In this document: one piece after another, positions 9,680 to 18,421 of the stretch
How the letters are laid out: each line of letters opens with the position of its first letter
How positions within the stretch are numbered: position 1 is the stretch's first letter
NCBI GenBank assembly: GCA_023819145.1
Contig: JAMWCW010000002.1
Location: forward strand, 139,231-203,230
From: Candidatus Omnitrophota bacterium
GTDB taxonomy: Bacteria; Omnitrophota; Gorgyraeia; DTHP01
Reading direction: 5' to 3'
DNA: 64,000 nucleotides
Made by a program: the position numbers and the translations under genes
The notes under the pieces: generated by a model
Told to the model about the DNA's origin: nothing
What the model saw: the letters and a program-made list of their open reading frames with translations, nothing else
The model's database searches: none

Positions 9680-12292
9680 CTAATGAATATTCAGTTCTTG
9701 CATCTCTAACCAGTTATGACCAGTTTTCATACTGACTTTTAAGGGAATGTTTAATTTTATCACATTTTCCATCTCTTTTCTAACTATTTCTAACAAATCA
9801 ACGATAAATCTTTGATGGAATTCAAAAAGAAGTTCATCATGTATCTGTAAGATGATAGATGCTTCTAACCCACGATTAGAAATTTCTTTATATATTCTAT
9901 ACATCGCTAACTTAATAATATCTGCCGCTGAACCCTGAACAGGAGTGTTAATCGCTATCCTTTCTGATAGCTGTCTCAAGGTTTGATTTGGACTATTGAT
10001 ATACGGAATATACCTTCTCCGATTAAGCATGGTTGTTACATAGCCCTTATCCCGCGCCTCTTTAATTTTCTCTTCTATGTAGGATTTTACCCCTGCATAA
10101 CGCATAAAATATGCTTCTATAAAACGCTCTGATTCCTTTAAGTCGATGTTCAATTCTTTAGCTAACCCAAAAGGACTCATCCCATACAAAATCCCAAAAT
10201 TGATTGTCTTAGCAAAACTACGCATCTGGGAAGTAATTTTATCCATGGGAAGAGAAAAAATAGTGGAAGCAGTATGAGTATGGATATCTACTCCATTATT
10301 AAAAGCATCTACCAAGGTTTTGTCCCCTGAAAGATGCGCTAAGATTCTCAATTCTATCTGAGAATAGTCTGCAGACAGAAGCAAATATTCCTTGTCCGGA
10401 ACTGTTATCGCTCTGCGAATCTGGCGACCAAAATCGGTTTTTATAGGAATATTCTGTAAGTTAGGGTTACTCGAACTCAATCTCCCTGTTTCAGTATTTA
10501 TTTGGCTAAAGTTAGAATGTATTCTGCCCGTCTTGGGGTTTATGGAGGCGAAAAAACCATCTACATAGGTCGATTTCAACTTGGCAACCTCTCTGTATTC
10601 TAAAATTAACTGGGGAAGCCGATGAGTATCAGACAACTTAACCAAAACTTCTTCATCGGTAGAAGGGCCAGTTTTAACTCTTTTTATTACCGGAAGTTTA
10701 AGCTTTTCGAAAAGAATCTTACGTAACTGCAAATGAGAATCAAGATTAAATTCCTCATCCGCAATGTGAAAAATTTCTCTTTTTATTTCTTCAATTCTTT
10801 TCCTTAAATCCTGGGAAAGATTCTGCAAGAAATTAAGGTCTATAAAAACTCCTTTATTCTCCATAGAACACAAAACATCTACAAGGGGAAGTTCCAGGTT
10901 TAAATAAAGGTCTAAAAGCTGTTTTTCTTTAAGTTGTTGTTCTAATATACCAAAAAGTGCAAAGATAATCTTTGTTGTTTCCTTGCTATAAATTCCTTCT
11001 GAAAATTTTTGCGAAGCCAAAGGAGGCAAAACATTTAAATAATCTAAAGCAATATTTTCAACTGTGTAATCACTAGCTGAAGGGTTCAAAAGATAACTCG
11101 CAAGCATAATATCAAACACATAACCTTTTATCAAAATACCGTTTCCCTCAAGAGAGGGTTTTATTCGTTTTAAATCATGACATATCTTAACTAAAGAAGC
11201 ATCGGAAAAAATACAAGAAATATCTTCAATGGTAAGCTCTGAATTTTTCTTATCTAGATTTATAAATAATATCTTTTCTCCATAATAAACATAGACGCCA
11301 CCCAAAACAGAATGCTCTTCCATATCCAGGATAAAGGAGAATTTTCCTTTTTCTCTGATAATATTCAAATAAGAATTCCAACCTTTTCTATCTGTTATTT
11401 CCAAAATCTCTGCTTCTGGTTTATGGACTTCATCTTTTATTAATTCCTTAAGTAAATTTTTAAACTCCAATTCTTTAAAAATACATAAGAGTCTATTTTT
11501 ATCGGGGGAACTTACCCTCATTTCTTCAAAGTTGAATTCTAAAGGAACGTCTCTATTTAAAAGAGCAAGCTTCCTGTTTAAAACGATTCTTTCTCTCTCA
11601 GTTTCTATTGTTTTACGCAGAATATCATTAGCTATCTTATTGCTTTGAGAAAGAAGATTATCGAGGGAATGAAATTTATCCAAAAGTTGCCTTGCGGTTT
11701 TTTCCCCAATTCCCTTAATCCCAGGAATGTTATCGGTATCATCACCGGTTAAGGCAAGAAAATCAGGTATAAATTGAGGCATAATTCCAAATTTCTCGTG
11801 TACATATTTAAGGTCATAAATCGGATTATCTTTACTGTAAGGGTTGTAAACACAGATTCCATTTTCCACCAGTTGCAACACGTCTTTATCCGCAGTAACT
11901 ATAAAAATAAGAAGCGGGTTATTTTTTAATTTATTCACGATAGTTGCAATAATATCGTCTGCTTCGTATCCTTCTTTTTCAAAAATAGGAATGTTATATG
12001 CCTGTACTATATCTTTTATGATAACCAACTGCTCCACCAGGTCATTGGGCATAGGCGGTCGTTTAATTTTGTAATCTTCAAATAATTTATGCCTAAAGGT
12101 TGGACCTTTCATATCAAAAGCCACTGCTAAGTATTGAGGTTTTTCTTCCCTGATTATTTTATTCAACATGTTAACAAAACCATAAATTGCATTTGTCGGC
12201 ATACCTTTAGAGGTAGAAAGTCCTTTTATGGCATAATATGCGCGATAACAAAAAGAGTTTCCATCAAGAATAAATAACCTTTCTTTTTCCAT
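9680..12292 (-). CDS. polA: DNA polymerase I
   Basis: 870 aa. N-terminal 5'-nuclease (LFILDGNSFCYRAYYA). C-terminal family-A polymerase motifs (DYSQIELRILAHLSGD, ...QIHDELLFE). Confidence 0.95.
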   Translation of the reverse strand: MEKERLFILDGNSFCYRAYYAIKGLSTSKGMPTNAIYGFVNMLNKIIREEKPQYLAVAFDMKGPTFRHKLFEDYKIKRPPMPNDLVEQLVIIKDIVQAYNIPIFEKEGYEADDIIATIVNKLKNNPLLIFIVTADKDVLQLVENGICVYNPYSKDNPIYDLKYVHEKFGIMPQFIPDFLALTGDDTDNIPGIKGIGEKTARQLLDKFHSLDNLLSQSNKIANDILRKTIETERERIVLNRKLALLNRDVPLEFNFEEMRVSSPDKNRLLCIFKELEFKNLLKELIKDEVHKPEAEILEITDRKGWNSYLNIIREKGKFSFILDMEEHSVLGGVYVYYGEKILFINLDKKNSELTIEDISCIFSDASLVKICHDLKRIKPSLEGNGILIKGYVFDIMLASYLLNPSASDYTVENIALDYLNVLPPLASQKFSEGIYSKETTKIIFALFGILEQQLKEKQLLDLYLNLELPLVDVLCSMENKGVFIDLNFLQNLSQDLRKRIEEIKREIFHIADEEFNLDSHLQLRKILFEKLKLPVIKRVKTGPSTDEEVLVKLSDTHRLPQLILEYREVAKLKSTYVDGFFASINPKTGRIHSNFSQINTETGRLSSSNPNLQNIPIKTDFGRQIRRAITVPDKEYLLLSADYSQIELRILAHLSGDKTLVDAFNNGVDIHTHTASTIFSLPMDKITSQMRSFAKTINFGILYGMSPFGLAKELNIDLKESERFIEAYFMRYAGVKSYIEEKIKEARDKGYVTTMLNRRRYIPYINSPNQTLRQLSERIAINTPVQGSAADIIKLAMYRIYKEISNRGLEASIILQIHDELLFEFHQRFIVDLLEIVRKEMENVIKLNIPLKVSMKTGHNWLEMQELNIH

Positions 12293-12369
12293 TAATAATA
12301 AGTATTATGGTCTTGAATGAACAAGGAATTTATGCAATTATTGTGAATTGATGCTTAATGGGTATTTTT

Positions 12370-13179
12370 CTATTGTTGGGGAATGAGCCCAAGGATTTTT
12401 TCAAATTCCTCTTTTGCAAGAGCGTAATTTCCTTGCCGATAATAGGTCATTGCCTGTTCAAAGTGAAGACAGATATTCATCTCTCGGGTTTTAGCAAAAA
12501 CTTCCTGATACATCTGGGAAAGTTCTGGGTCGTTGGGTAAAAGCTCATAAGCTTCTTGGAAAAGAGGAAGTGCCTGTAAATAATCTCTTTTATTGTAAAA
12601 TACCATTGCTTCTTGGTATAACCTTTTTGCTTTAACTATCCGCACTTCCTTATCTTTTTCCATTTGAATCGCTACTTCCTGAGCAAGGAGTCTTGCTTCT
12701 AATTCTTTTGCTTTATCTGGAGCATACTGCCACATCTTCTCCCAACATTTCTGGGTCCAGAAATCATCTTTATTACCCAATTCAATCCTCCTCGCCCAAT
12801 GGGCTACCGCTTTATCATATTTTTTTCTTGCTTCGTAGAAAAAGGCAAGATTAGAATGCGCTTCAGCAAAATTAGGATTAATGGAGACGGCTTTAAGATA
12901 AGCGGCTTCGGCTTTATCTACATATCCCTTAATCTCATAAATTATCCCCAAATCATTATAGGCAACCGCATAATAAGGGTCAAGAGAGACCGCCTTCTGA
13001 TAGTAGACAAGTGCAGTTTCAATATCCCCGCTCTGTTGAGCAGTATAACCACGGTTACGATATTCTACTGCCTCTTTTTGAAGAACTTGAGCCTGACAGA
13101 GACTCGCACAGAAGAGCATTCCCACTGTTAACACAAAAAGTAATCTATATTCTCTTAATTTCCTGAACATCTCTCCCAT
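12370..13179 (-). CDS. secreted tetratricopeptide-repeat protein (paralog 1)
   Basis: 269 aa. N-terminal signal peptide (LLFVLTVGMLFCASLCQA). Multiple TPR units (AYNDLGIIYEIKGYVDKAEAAYLKAVSINP...). Confidence 0.7.
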   Translation of the reverse strand: MGEMFRKLREYRLLFVLTVGMLFCASLCQAQVLQKEAVEYRNRGYTAQQSGDIETALVYYQKAVSLDPYYAVAYNDLGIIYEIKGYVDKAEAAYLKAVSINPNFAEAHSNLAFFYEARKKYDKAVAHWARRIELGNKDDFWTQKCWEKMWQYAPDKAKELEARLLAQEVAIQMEKDKEVRIVKAKRLYQEAMVFYNKRDYLQALPLFQEAYELLPNDPELSQMYQEVFAKTREMNICLHFEQAMTYYRQGNYALAKEEFEKILGLIPQQ

Positions 13180-13203
13180 TCTTTTTAGAAATGGATATTT
13201 AAA

Positions 13204-13998
13204 TCAGGGAATGTATAATACAATAGGTTCTTCCTCCCGTGTCTCTTGCATCAATCGGTCTTTTTCTACATTTATCAAAACTTCCTCAGTTGCTTTGTAT
13301 AAAGGATTAAGCATAAGGAGTTGATTTATCTTCTCAACCGCCAAACCAAAATTACCTCCGGAAAGAGCATTTTTCCCTTCCTGATATATTTTTTCAACTT
13401 CATTTACCTCATTTGTTTCAAAAGTTTCTTCTCGACGCATTTTCTCATCTTTCTCTAATAAAAAAGTTTTTGGGGTTTTATTTAAAAGCTCTTCGCCAGC
13501 AACGACCATAGGTTCTTCATTCTTCTCCTCGACAAAAAGAACATTTTCTTCATAGCTTTTTAACATCGCCAAAGCTTTTTTATACCAAGGGTCTCTGCTT
13601 TTTCCTAACTTCACTCTTTCTTTTAAATAAAATATTACCTTCTCTATTTCTCCTAACTCACGGTACAAAAGGGCGAGATTCATGTAAGGTGCAGGATACT
13701 GGGGGTTAATTCTTATTGCCTCCAGATATTCTTTTATGGCTAATTCTTTCAACCCCCGCCTTTCGTAAACTATACCCAGGTCATTATGTAAAAGAGAATT
13801 CTCTGGGTCTAGAAGAACTGCTTTTTTAAAAAACTGATATGCCTTATCTAAATTGCCTTCTCTGTAAGCCTTATAACCTGCCTTACGATACTCCTTGACC
13901 TCTTCAGAGAAGAAACTCTCCTCGGCGTATAAAGGGATGGACCAAGAAAGAAATAATAAAAATAAAACTATTAAAACACAAACTCTCCTTCTGCACAT
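13204..13998 (-). CDS. secreted tetratricopeptide-repeat protein (paralog 2)
   Basis: 264 aa. Signal peptide, TPR units (LHNDLGIVYERRGLKELAIKEYLEAIRINP). Clear paralogy to the adjacent TPR protein. Confidence 0.7.
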   Translation of the reverse strand: MCRRRVCVLIVLFLLFLSWSIPLYAEESFFSEEVKEYRKAGYKAYREGNLDKAYQFFKKAVLLDPENSLLHNDLGIVYERRGLKELAIKEYLEAIRINPQYPAPYMNLALLYRELGEIEKVIFYLKERVKLGKSRDPWYKKALAMLKSYEENVLFVEEKNEEPMVVAGEELLNKTPKTFLLEKDEKMRREETFETNEVNEVEKIYQEGKNALSGGNFGLAVEKINQLLMLNPLYKATEEVLINVEKDRLMQETREEEPIVLYIP

Positions 13999-14050
13999 CT
14001 CTGTTGCAAAATATTATCACAAATAGAATTTAGATGTCAAGTAATTTATA

Positions 14051-14100
14051 AAAAAGAAACCCCGTCAGCCAAAAAACCTAACGGGGTTTCTTTTTTTTTC
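14051..14100 (-). terminator. rho-independent (bidirectional-looking) terminator downstream of the PKD-repeat gene
   Basis: Stem GAAACCCCGT (14056-14065) / ACGGGGTTTC (14081-14090), flanked by an A-run on one side and T9 on the other. Placed just after the stop of the 14127..15290 gene. Confidence 0.6.
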
Positions 14101-14126
14101 AACACAATATTCCCAAACTTAGTTTA

Positions 14127-15290
14127 TTACCTAACTTTCAAATCAGGAACTGGGCCACTGCTTACTGTAGCCACAAAGGAATCAACCGAAGTAAGTCCTG
14201 TACTATCTTTTACCGTAAGCGTAACCGTATAAGTTCCTGATTTAGTATAGGTATGCTTTACTTTAATGCCTTCTGCTTTATCCCCATCACCAAAATCCCA
14301 GGAGTAACTTAAAGCATCCCCATCGGGGTCATAGGAATTAGAGGCATCAAAAATATTTTCTACACCCACACAGCAAACTAAATTTGGACCAGCATCTGCT
14401 AAAGGCGCTTTCTTCAGGGAAATATTTACTGTATCCGTATCTAAACTACAACGCGAACCTTTGCCATCATCTACGGTTAGACGTGCGGTATAGGTTCCTC
14501 CCTTTTTATACACGTGCGTAACTCTTGCACCAGTAGCACTTTCTCCGTCTCCAAAATCCCAACGGTAGGTAAGCGTATCGCCGTCAGGATCACGGGATTT
14601 ACTGCCATCCAAATTAACTCTGTATTCCTGGCTGGCATTAAAAGTAAGCGCAATATCCTCTCCTGCATTGGCTACAGGAGCGCTATTTACGGAAACCATT
14701 TTAGAAAATACTCCTTTACTGCAGGAAGTTCCTTCATTATCATCTACTGCCAAAAGAACCTTATATGTACCACCTTTGTCATAAGACTTGTTTACTATTC
14801 TGCCTTCTCCTTTTGTACCATCACCGAAATCCCAATAATAAGTTAATTTTTCGGGAGTATTGTCGGTAGTTCCACTAGCATCAAAAACAATGTTTTCTCC
14901 CTTACAGACCTCATCAGGAGCAGTAAATACTACCTGAGGAGCGGTATTTACTTTCACGGTGGTAGTGGTTATGGCGGTATCGCAATCTAACCCAGAGTCA
15001 TTCTTTACCGTCAGGGTAACTCGATAAGTTCCTGACTTTTTGTAAGTGTGCGTAACTATTGGCTTTTCGCTGGTTTCACCATCACCAAAATCCCAGAGAT
15101 AGGAAAGTTTCCTTTTGCCTGGGTCATAGGATGCAGTAGCATCAAAAGTGAAGGTATCACAGACATTGGCTTTTTCCCCAACCACCACTGGCTCCTCTGC
15201 GCATTTCCCACCCCAACATCTTGCAAAAGCAAGAGAAGGTAGGACAGCAAATGCTAACAAGATGCATAAAATAACAACACCTATTTTCAT
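14127..15290 (-). CDS. secreted PKD-domain repeat protein (4 PKD repeats)
   Basis: 387 aa. Signal peptide MKIGVVILCILLAFAVLPSLAFA. Four repeats, each containing YxWDFGDG...TH.Y...G.Y.V.L.V.D. Confidence 0.8.
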   Translation of the reverse strand: MKIGVVILCILLAFAVLPSLAFARCWGGKCAEEPVVVGEKANVCDTFTFDATASYDPGKRKLSYLWDFGDGETSEKPIVTHTYKKSGTYRVTLTVKNDSGLDCDTAITTTTVKVNTAPQVVFTAPDEVCKGENIVFDASGTTDNTPEKLTYYWDFGDGTKGEGRIVNKSYDKGGTYKVLLAVDDNEGTSCSKGVFSKMVSVNSAPVANAGEDIALTFNASQEYRVNLDGSKSRDPDGDTLTYRWDFGDGESATGARVTHVYKKGGTYTARLTVDDGKGSRCSLDTDTVNISLKKAPLADAGPNLVCCVGVENIFDASNSYDPDGDALSYSWDFGDGDKAEGIKVKHTYTKSGTYTVTLTVKDSTGLTSVDSFVATVSSGPVPDLKVR

Positions 15291-15342
15291 TTATCCCTCC
15301 TTTCTTAAATTTTAATCAAACTAATTACTTTATTTAAAGCCC

Positions 15343-15386
15343 TTTTCGCTACTTGAATAAATTTACATCCCTGTGCGTAGCGAAAA
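15343..15386. repeat. perfect 10-bp inverted repeat TTTTCGCTAC-N24-GTAGCGAAAA upstream of the PKD gene
   Basis: Read directly: 15343-15352 ttttcgctac and 15377-15386 gtagcgaaaa. Lies 53-96 nt upstream of the PKD gene start, whose SD is GGAGG. Confidence 0.5.
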
Positions 15387-15492
15387 ATATGGCAAGCTGT
15401 AATATGTTTCTTGTTCCTCTTCTACCCCCACTTTCGGTAAAAAATTTTAAAAACCGCTTATCCTTACTTAACTTCTTCAGAGCAAATAGTCC

Positions 15493-16092
15493 TTATTGGT
15501 TACGGGACAAGCCTGTTTTTTCCAAGACTAAATCTAGAAGTTTTTCCGCTTCCGGCAATTTCCCGCTCTGAGCATAAATCTCTTCCCATACTCCTTGGGG
15601 ATTGTGATAAAGCACTGTCCAGTAAGGTAAATCTATTCTCCCCATAACCTTATAAATTTTGTTATCCTCATCGGCAAAAACCGGGAAGGAAATCGCATAT
15701 TTATCCCTAAAGGCTTCAATTTCTTCTTCTGAATTTGCCATCCCTATACCCAATAATTTAATCTGCTGAGCATAAGGAGAATGCTTAATAAGTTCACATA
15801 ATCCATTTATCTCAGGAATACTTCCACTACAATAAGGGCAATAGGCAGTAACTATCTCCAGGATAACCACCTTGGCATTTATCTCGCTAAGTTTAAAGGT
15901 TCTATTGTTTAACCCTTTTAAACCTAGATAAACCAAATCTGCTTCTCGACGGGGAAGATTAAATTCAATTTTTTGATAATCTCGGAAAAAATCTTTTTTA
16001 TCTGAAGGACTATTTGAGGTAAAAGCAGAAGAAGAAATAACTAGAATAAAAATGAGAAAAAACAACCCGCATTTATAATTTTCTCGGCTCAT
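15493..16092 (-). CDS. secreted thioredoxin-fold thiol:disulfide oxidoreductase (TlpA/ResA/redoxin-like)
   Basis: 199 aa. N-terminal hydrophobic signal. CPYC active-site motif in a redoxin-like context (VVILEIVTAYCPYCSGSIPE). Confidence 0.7.
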   Translation of the reverse strand: MSRENYKCGLFFLIFILVISSSAFTSNSPSDKKDFFRDYQKIEFNLPRREADLVYLGLKGLNNRTFKLSEINAKVVILEIVTAYCPYCSGSIPEINGLCELIKHSPYAQQIKLLGIGMANSEEEIEAFRDKYAISFPVFADEDNKIYKVMGRIDLPYWTVLYHNPQGVWEEIYAQSGKLPEAEKLLDLVLEKTGLSRNQ

Positions 16093-16104
16093 TATCTGAA
16101 GTCT

Positions 16105-16122
16105 GAAAGAAAGAAAGAAAGA
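16105..16122. repeat. (GAAA)4 tetranucleotide SSR in the 5' leader of the redoxin gene
   Basis: gaaagaaagaaagaaaga read directly, 13-30 nt upstream of the ATG at 16092. Confidence 0.6.
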
Positions 16123-16246
16123 TTATATAAAAATAAACCCCAATTCGCAAATTGTAAGAGTAAGGCAAATTACAGGTTTGGTATTTAATATACTAAAAAA
16201 GAATGTTTATGTCAAGTGTTTTTTGTACTGACCCCCATTTGTCAAG

Positions 16247-17011
16247 CTAAATTTTAGTAGTGAGTAACAACTGCTCTTTCTCATATTGAACTGATGTTTT
16301 ATAACCTAAAGAAGAATGTGGATAATCTGTATTATAACGCTCTATCCAGACTTTAAGGTCTTCTTCGACATCAAAGGGTGTCTCCCATTGTTCTTGTCTT
16401 AACCAGATTAAGTCTTCTTTTAATGTCCGGATAACTCTTTCGGTACCGGCATTGCCTTTGGGATTATCATAGCAGGTGAATATCTGTTTAATTTCTAAGA
16501 CGGAACAGGCTTGCATAAATTTTTCTGAGGTTGGTTGTGAACCATTGTCCGAGATTAAGAAAAGTTCCTGGCTCTTTGACAATATCCATTGGGGAAATTG
16601 GTTATTAACTGCGTTATTTAAAGCTTCAAGCCAATCTTGAGTTTTAGAATGCATCTTAAGAGAATAGCCGATGATTTTCTTGGTAAACCAGTCAAGGACA
16701 ATCACAAGATACAGCCAACCAAAGGACTTAAGTAAGAGTTTGGTCATATCGATACCCCAGAATTGGTTAGGCCTTATAGCCTTAGGCTTACTTCTATTTA
16801 GATATTTTGCTCTCAAGGCTTTGAGCTTTGTGTTAGGCACAATCAAGAAATTATTCTCTTTCATCAGCCAGTAGATACGCTTTTTATTGACAACTAAGCC
16901 TTTGCGATATTTTAGATATGCCCAGACGCGCCTGTAACCCCAAAAAGGATGTTCAAGTTTTAGATTTTGGATTTGTTCAAGGAGTTCTTTATTTTTTAGC
17001 TTTATCTTCAT
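16247..17011 (-). CDS. IS3-family transposase OrfB (integrase/rve DDE domain)
   Basis: 254 aa: ...FWGIDMTKL...ISDNGSQPTSEKF...GTERVIRTLKEDL (D, D, E). HTH_21-like N-terminus (HPFWGYRRVWAYLKYRKGLVVNKKRIYWLMKEN). Confidence 0.8.
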   Translation of the reverse strand: MKIKLKNKELLEQIQNLKLEHPFWGYRRVWAYLKYRKGLVVNKKRIYWLMKENNFLIVPNTKLKALRAKYLNRSKPKAIRPNQFWGIDMTKLLLKSFGWLYLVIVLDWFTKKIIGYSLKMHSKTQDWLEALNNAVNNQFPQWILSKSQELFLISDNGSQPTSEKFMQACSVLEIKQIFTCYDNPKGNAGTERVIRTLKEDLIWLRQEQWETPFDVEEDLKVWIERYNTDYPHSSLGYKTSVQYEKEQLLLTTKI

Positions 17012-17297
17012 GGATTTAGCTCTTTTAATTCTAATTCGGTTTTTTTAACTCAATGGTAAGTTCAGCAATAATCTTTTTTAATTTTTCGTCCTCTTGTATT
17101 AGCCTTTGTTCTTTCTTAGACTGTTTTTCGGATTCAAAGATTCTATGACCTTTAGATTGTAGTTCGTTTAACCAGTAATAAAACATACTTTGTGTTATCT
17201 GATAATGATTACAAAGTTGGGCTAAAGGGATCTTGTTTTGTAAACCTTATAAGACTATGTTTAATTTTGTTTTTGGATCCCATTTACGGTATTTCAT
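17008..17297 (-). pseudogene. IS3-family transposase OrfA with in-frame TAA nonsense codon
   Basis: Translation MKYRKWDPKTKLNIVL*GLQNKIPLAQLCNHYQITQSMFYYWLNELQ... (HTH). Stop TAA at 17247-17249 (minus). orfA TGA overlaps the orfB ATG (ccATGAag) in the -1 frame. Confidence 0.65.
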
Positions 17298-17395
17298 TGG
17301 CTCCCCCTTTGTTAAGTGCTATAATCATTTTACTGAAATTTTCTCCTAATTTGCACCTATTTCTTAATGGGGAGCAGTATATTACTTATTACGAT

Positions 17396-18421
17396 TTAAG
17401 GATTGCGGCTTACAACTTCCTCTTTAAGCTCACGGGTCATAAGTTCCTTAACAGCCTTTTTGGGGGATTTGTCTTCATAGATGACTCTGTATACCTGCTC
17501 AGTAATGGGCATTTCAATATTTCTTCTTTTTGCCAATTCGTAAACCGCGCGTGTGGTCAAAATGCCTTCGGCAACCATCTCCATTCTTTTTATGATTTCT
17601 TTTAGTTTCCTTCCCTTTCCGATTTCCTCTCCTACCCCACGGTTTCGACTATAAGGGCTGAAACAGGTAGTAATTAAATCTCCTAAACCACTCAAACCCC
17701 AGAAGGTCTCTGGTCTTGCTCCCAAACAAGTCCCTAAACGAATCATTTCTACTAATCCCCGATTAAGCAGAGCAGCTTTTGTATTTGTTCCAAATCCTAA
17801 GCCATCGCTTATCCCACAGGCAAGAGCAATAATATTTTTTAACGCCCCTCCTAATTCTACGCCAATCACATCAGAAGAAGTATATACCCGAAAGTTTTCT
17901 GTAGAGAATATTTCTTGAAGTTTCTTTGCCAATTCTAAATCAGAAGAGGCAATAACTACTGCAGTAGGAATTCCCCCTGCAACCTCTTGGGCAATGCTTG
18001 GTCCGGAAAGAACTGCCGAATTTACCATACCTAAAGCACGGTCAATAATCTCCGATGGCCTTAAGTAAGTATCTTCTTCTATTCCCTTAACCACGCTTAA
18101 GATGATTTTATTTCTAAAATCAAAATGAGAAAATTCTTGTAAAGTAGAACGTAAGTATTTTGAAGGAATGGCAACGACAATTATTGAAGAAGTGTTTATA
18201 ATCTTTTCCTTATCTTTGATTATTCTGACTGAAGAAGGAATCTTTTTCCCCGGAAGAAATTTAATATTTTCTCTCTTCCTTTCAAGAATTTCTAAATATT
18301 CAGGAAAAACACCCCATAAACCTACAGAATATCCTTTTTTAGCGAGAAGGATTGCTAAAGCAGTCCCCCATCCCCCGTCTCCAAGAATTCCGATATGCAT
18401 ACTAATTAATTGGTTAAACAT
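17396..18421 (-). CDS. gpsA: NAD(P)H-dependent glycerol-3-phosphate dehydrogenase
   Basis: 341 aa. IGILGDGGWGTALAILLAKKG Rossmann motif and GpsA-wide similarity. Confidence 0.9.
   Translation of the reverse strand: MFNQLISMHIGILGDGGWGTALAILLAKKGYSVGLWGVFPEYLEILERKRENIKFLPGKKIPSSVRIIKDKEKIINTSSIIVVAIPSKYLRSTLQEFSHFDFRNKIILSVVKGIEEDTYLRPSEIIDRALGMVNSAVLSGPSIAQEVAGGIPTAVVIASSDLELAKKLQEIFSTENFRVYTSSDVIGVELGGALKNIIALACGISDGLGFGTNTKAALLNRGLVEMIRLGTCLGARPETFWGLSGLGDLITTCFSPYSRNRGVGEEIGKGRKLKEIIKRMEMVAEGILTTRAVYELAKRRNIEMPITEQVYRVIYEDKSPKKAVKELMTRELKEEVVSRNP

Larger units (their letters stand above)
16224..17381 (-). mobile_element. IS3-family insertion sequence (orfA/orfB with -1 frameshift site), orfA inactivated
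   Basis: Imperfect terminal inverted repeats TGTACTGACCCCCATT (16224-16239) and revcomp of 17366-17381 (TATACTGCTCCCCATT). orfA HTH and orfB DDE domains present. A8 slippery run sits upstream of the orfA stop. Confidence 0.65.

Noticed and set aside
16229-17319. Direct-repeat-like similarity cccccatttgtcaagc (16232-16247) vs ccccctttgttaagtgc (17303-17319), considered as IS ends or target duplication
   Set aside because: Better-matching genuine inverted termini were found further out (16224-16239 and 17366-17381). The inner similarity is sub-terminal and in direct orientation, so it is not a TSD.
17192-17605. 137-aa plus-strand ORF spanning the IS end and gpsA 3' end
   Set aside because: Overlaps the IS terminal region and is antisense to gpsA. 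Low-complexity composition. No RBS.
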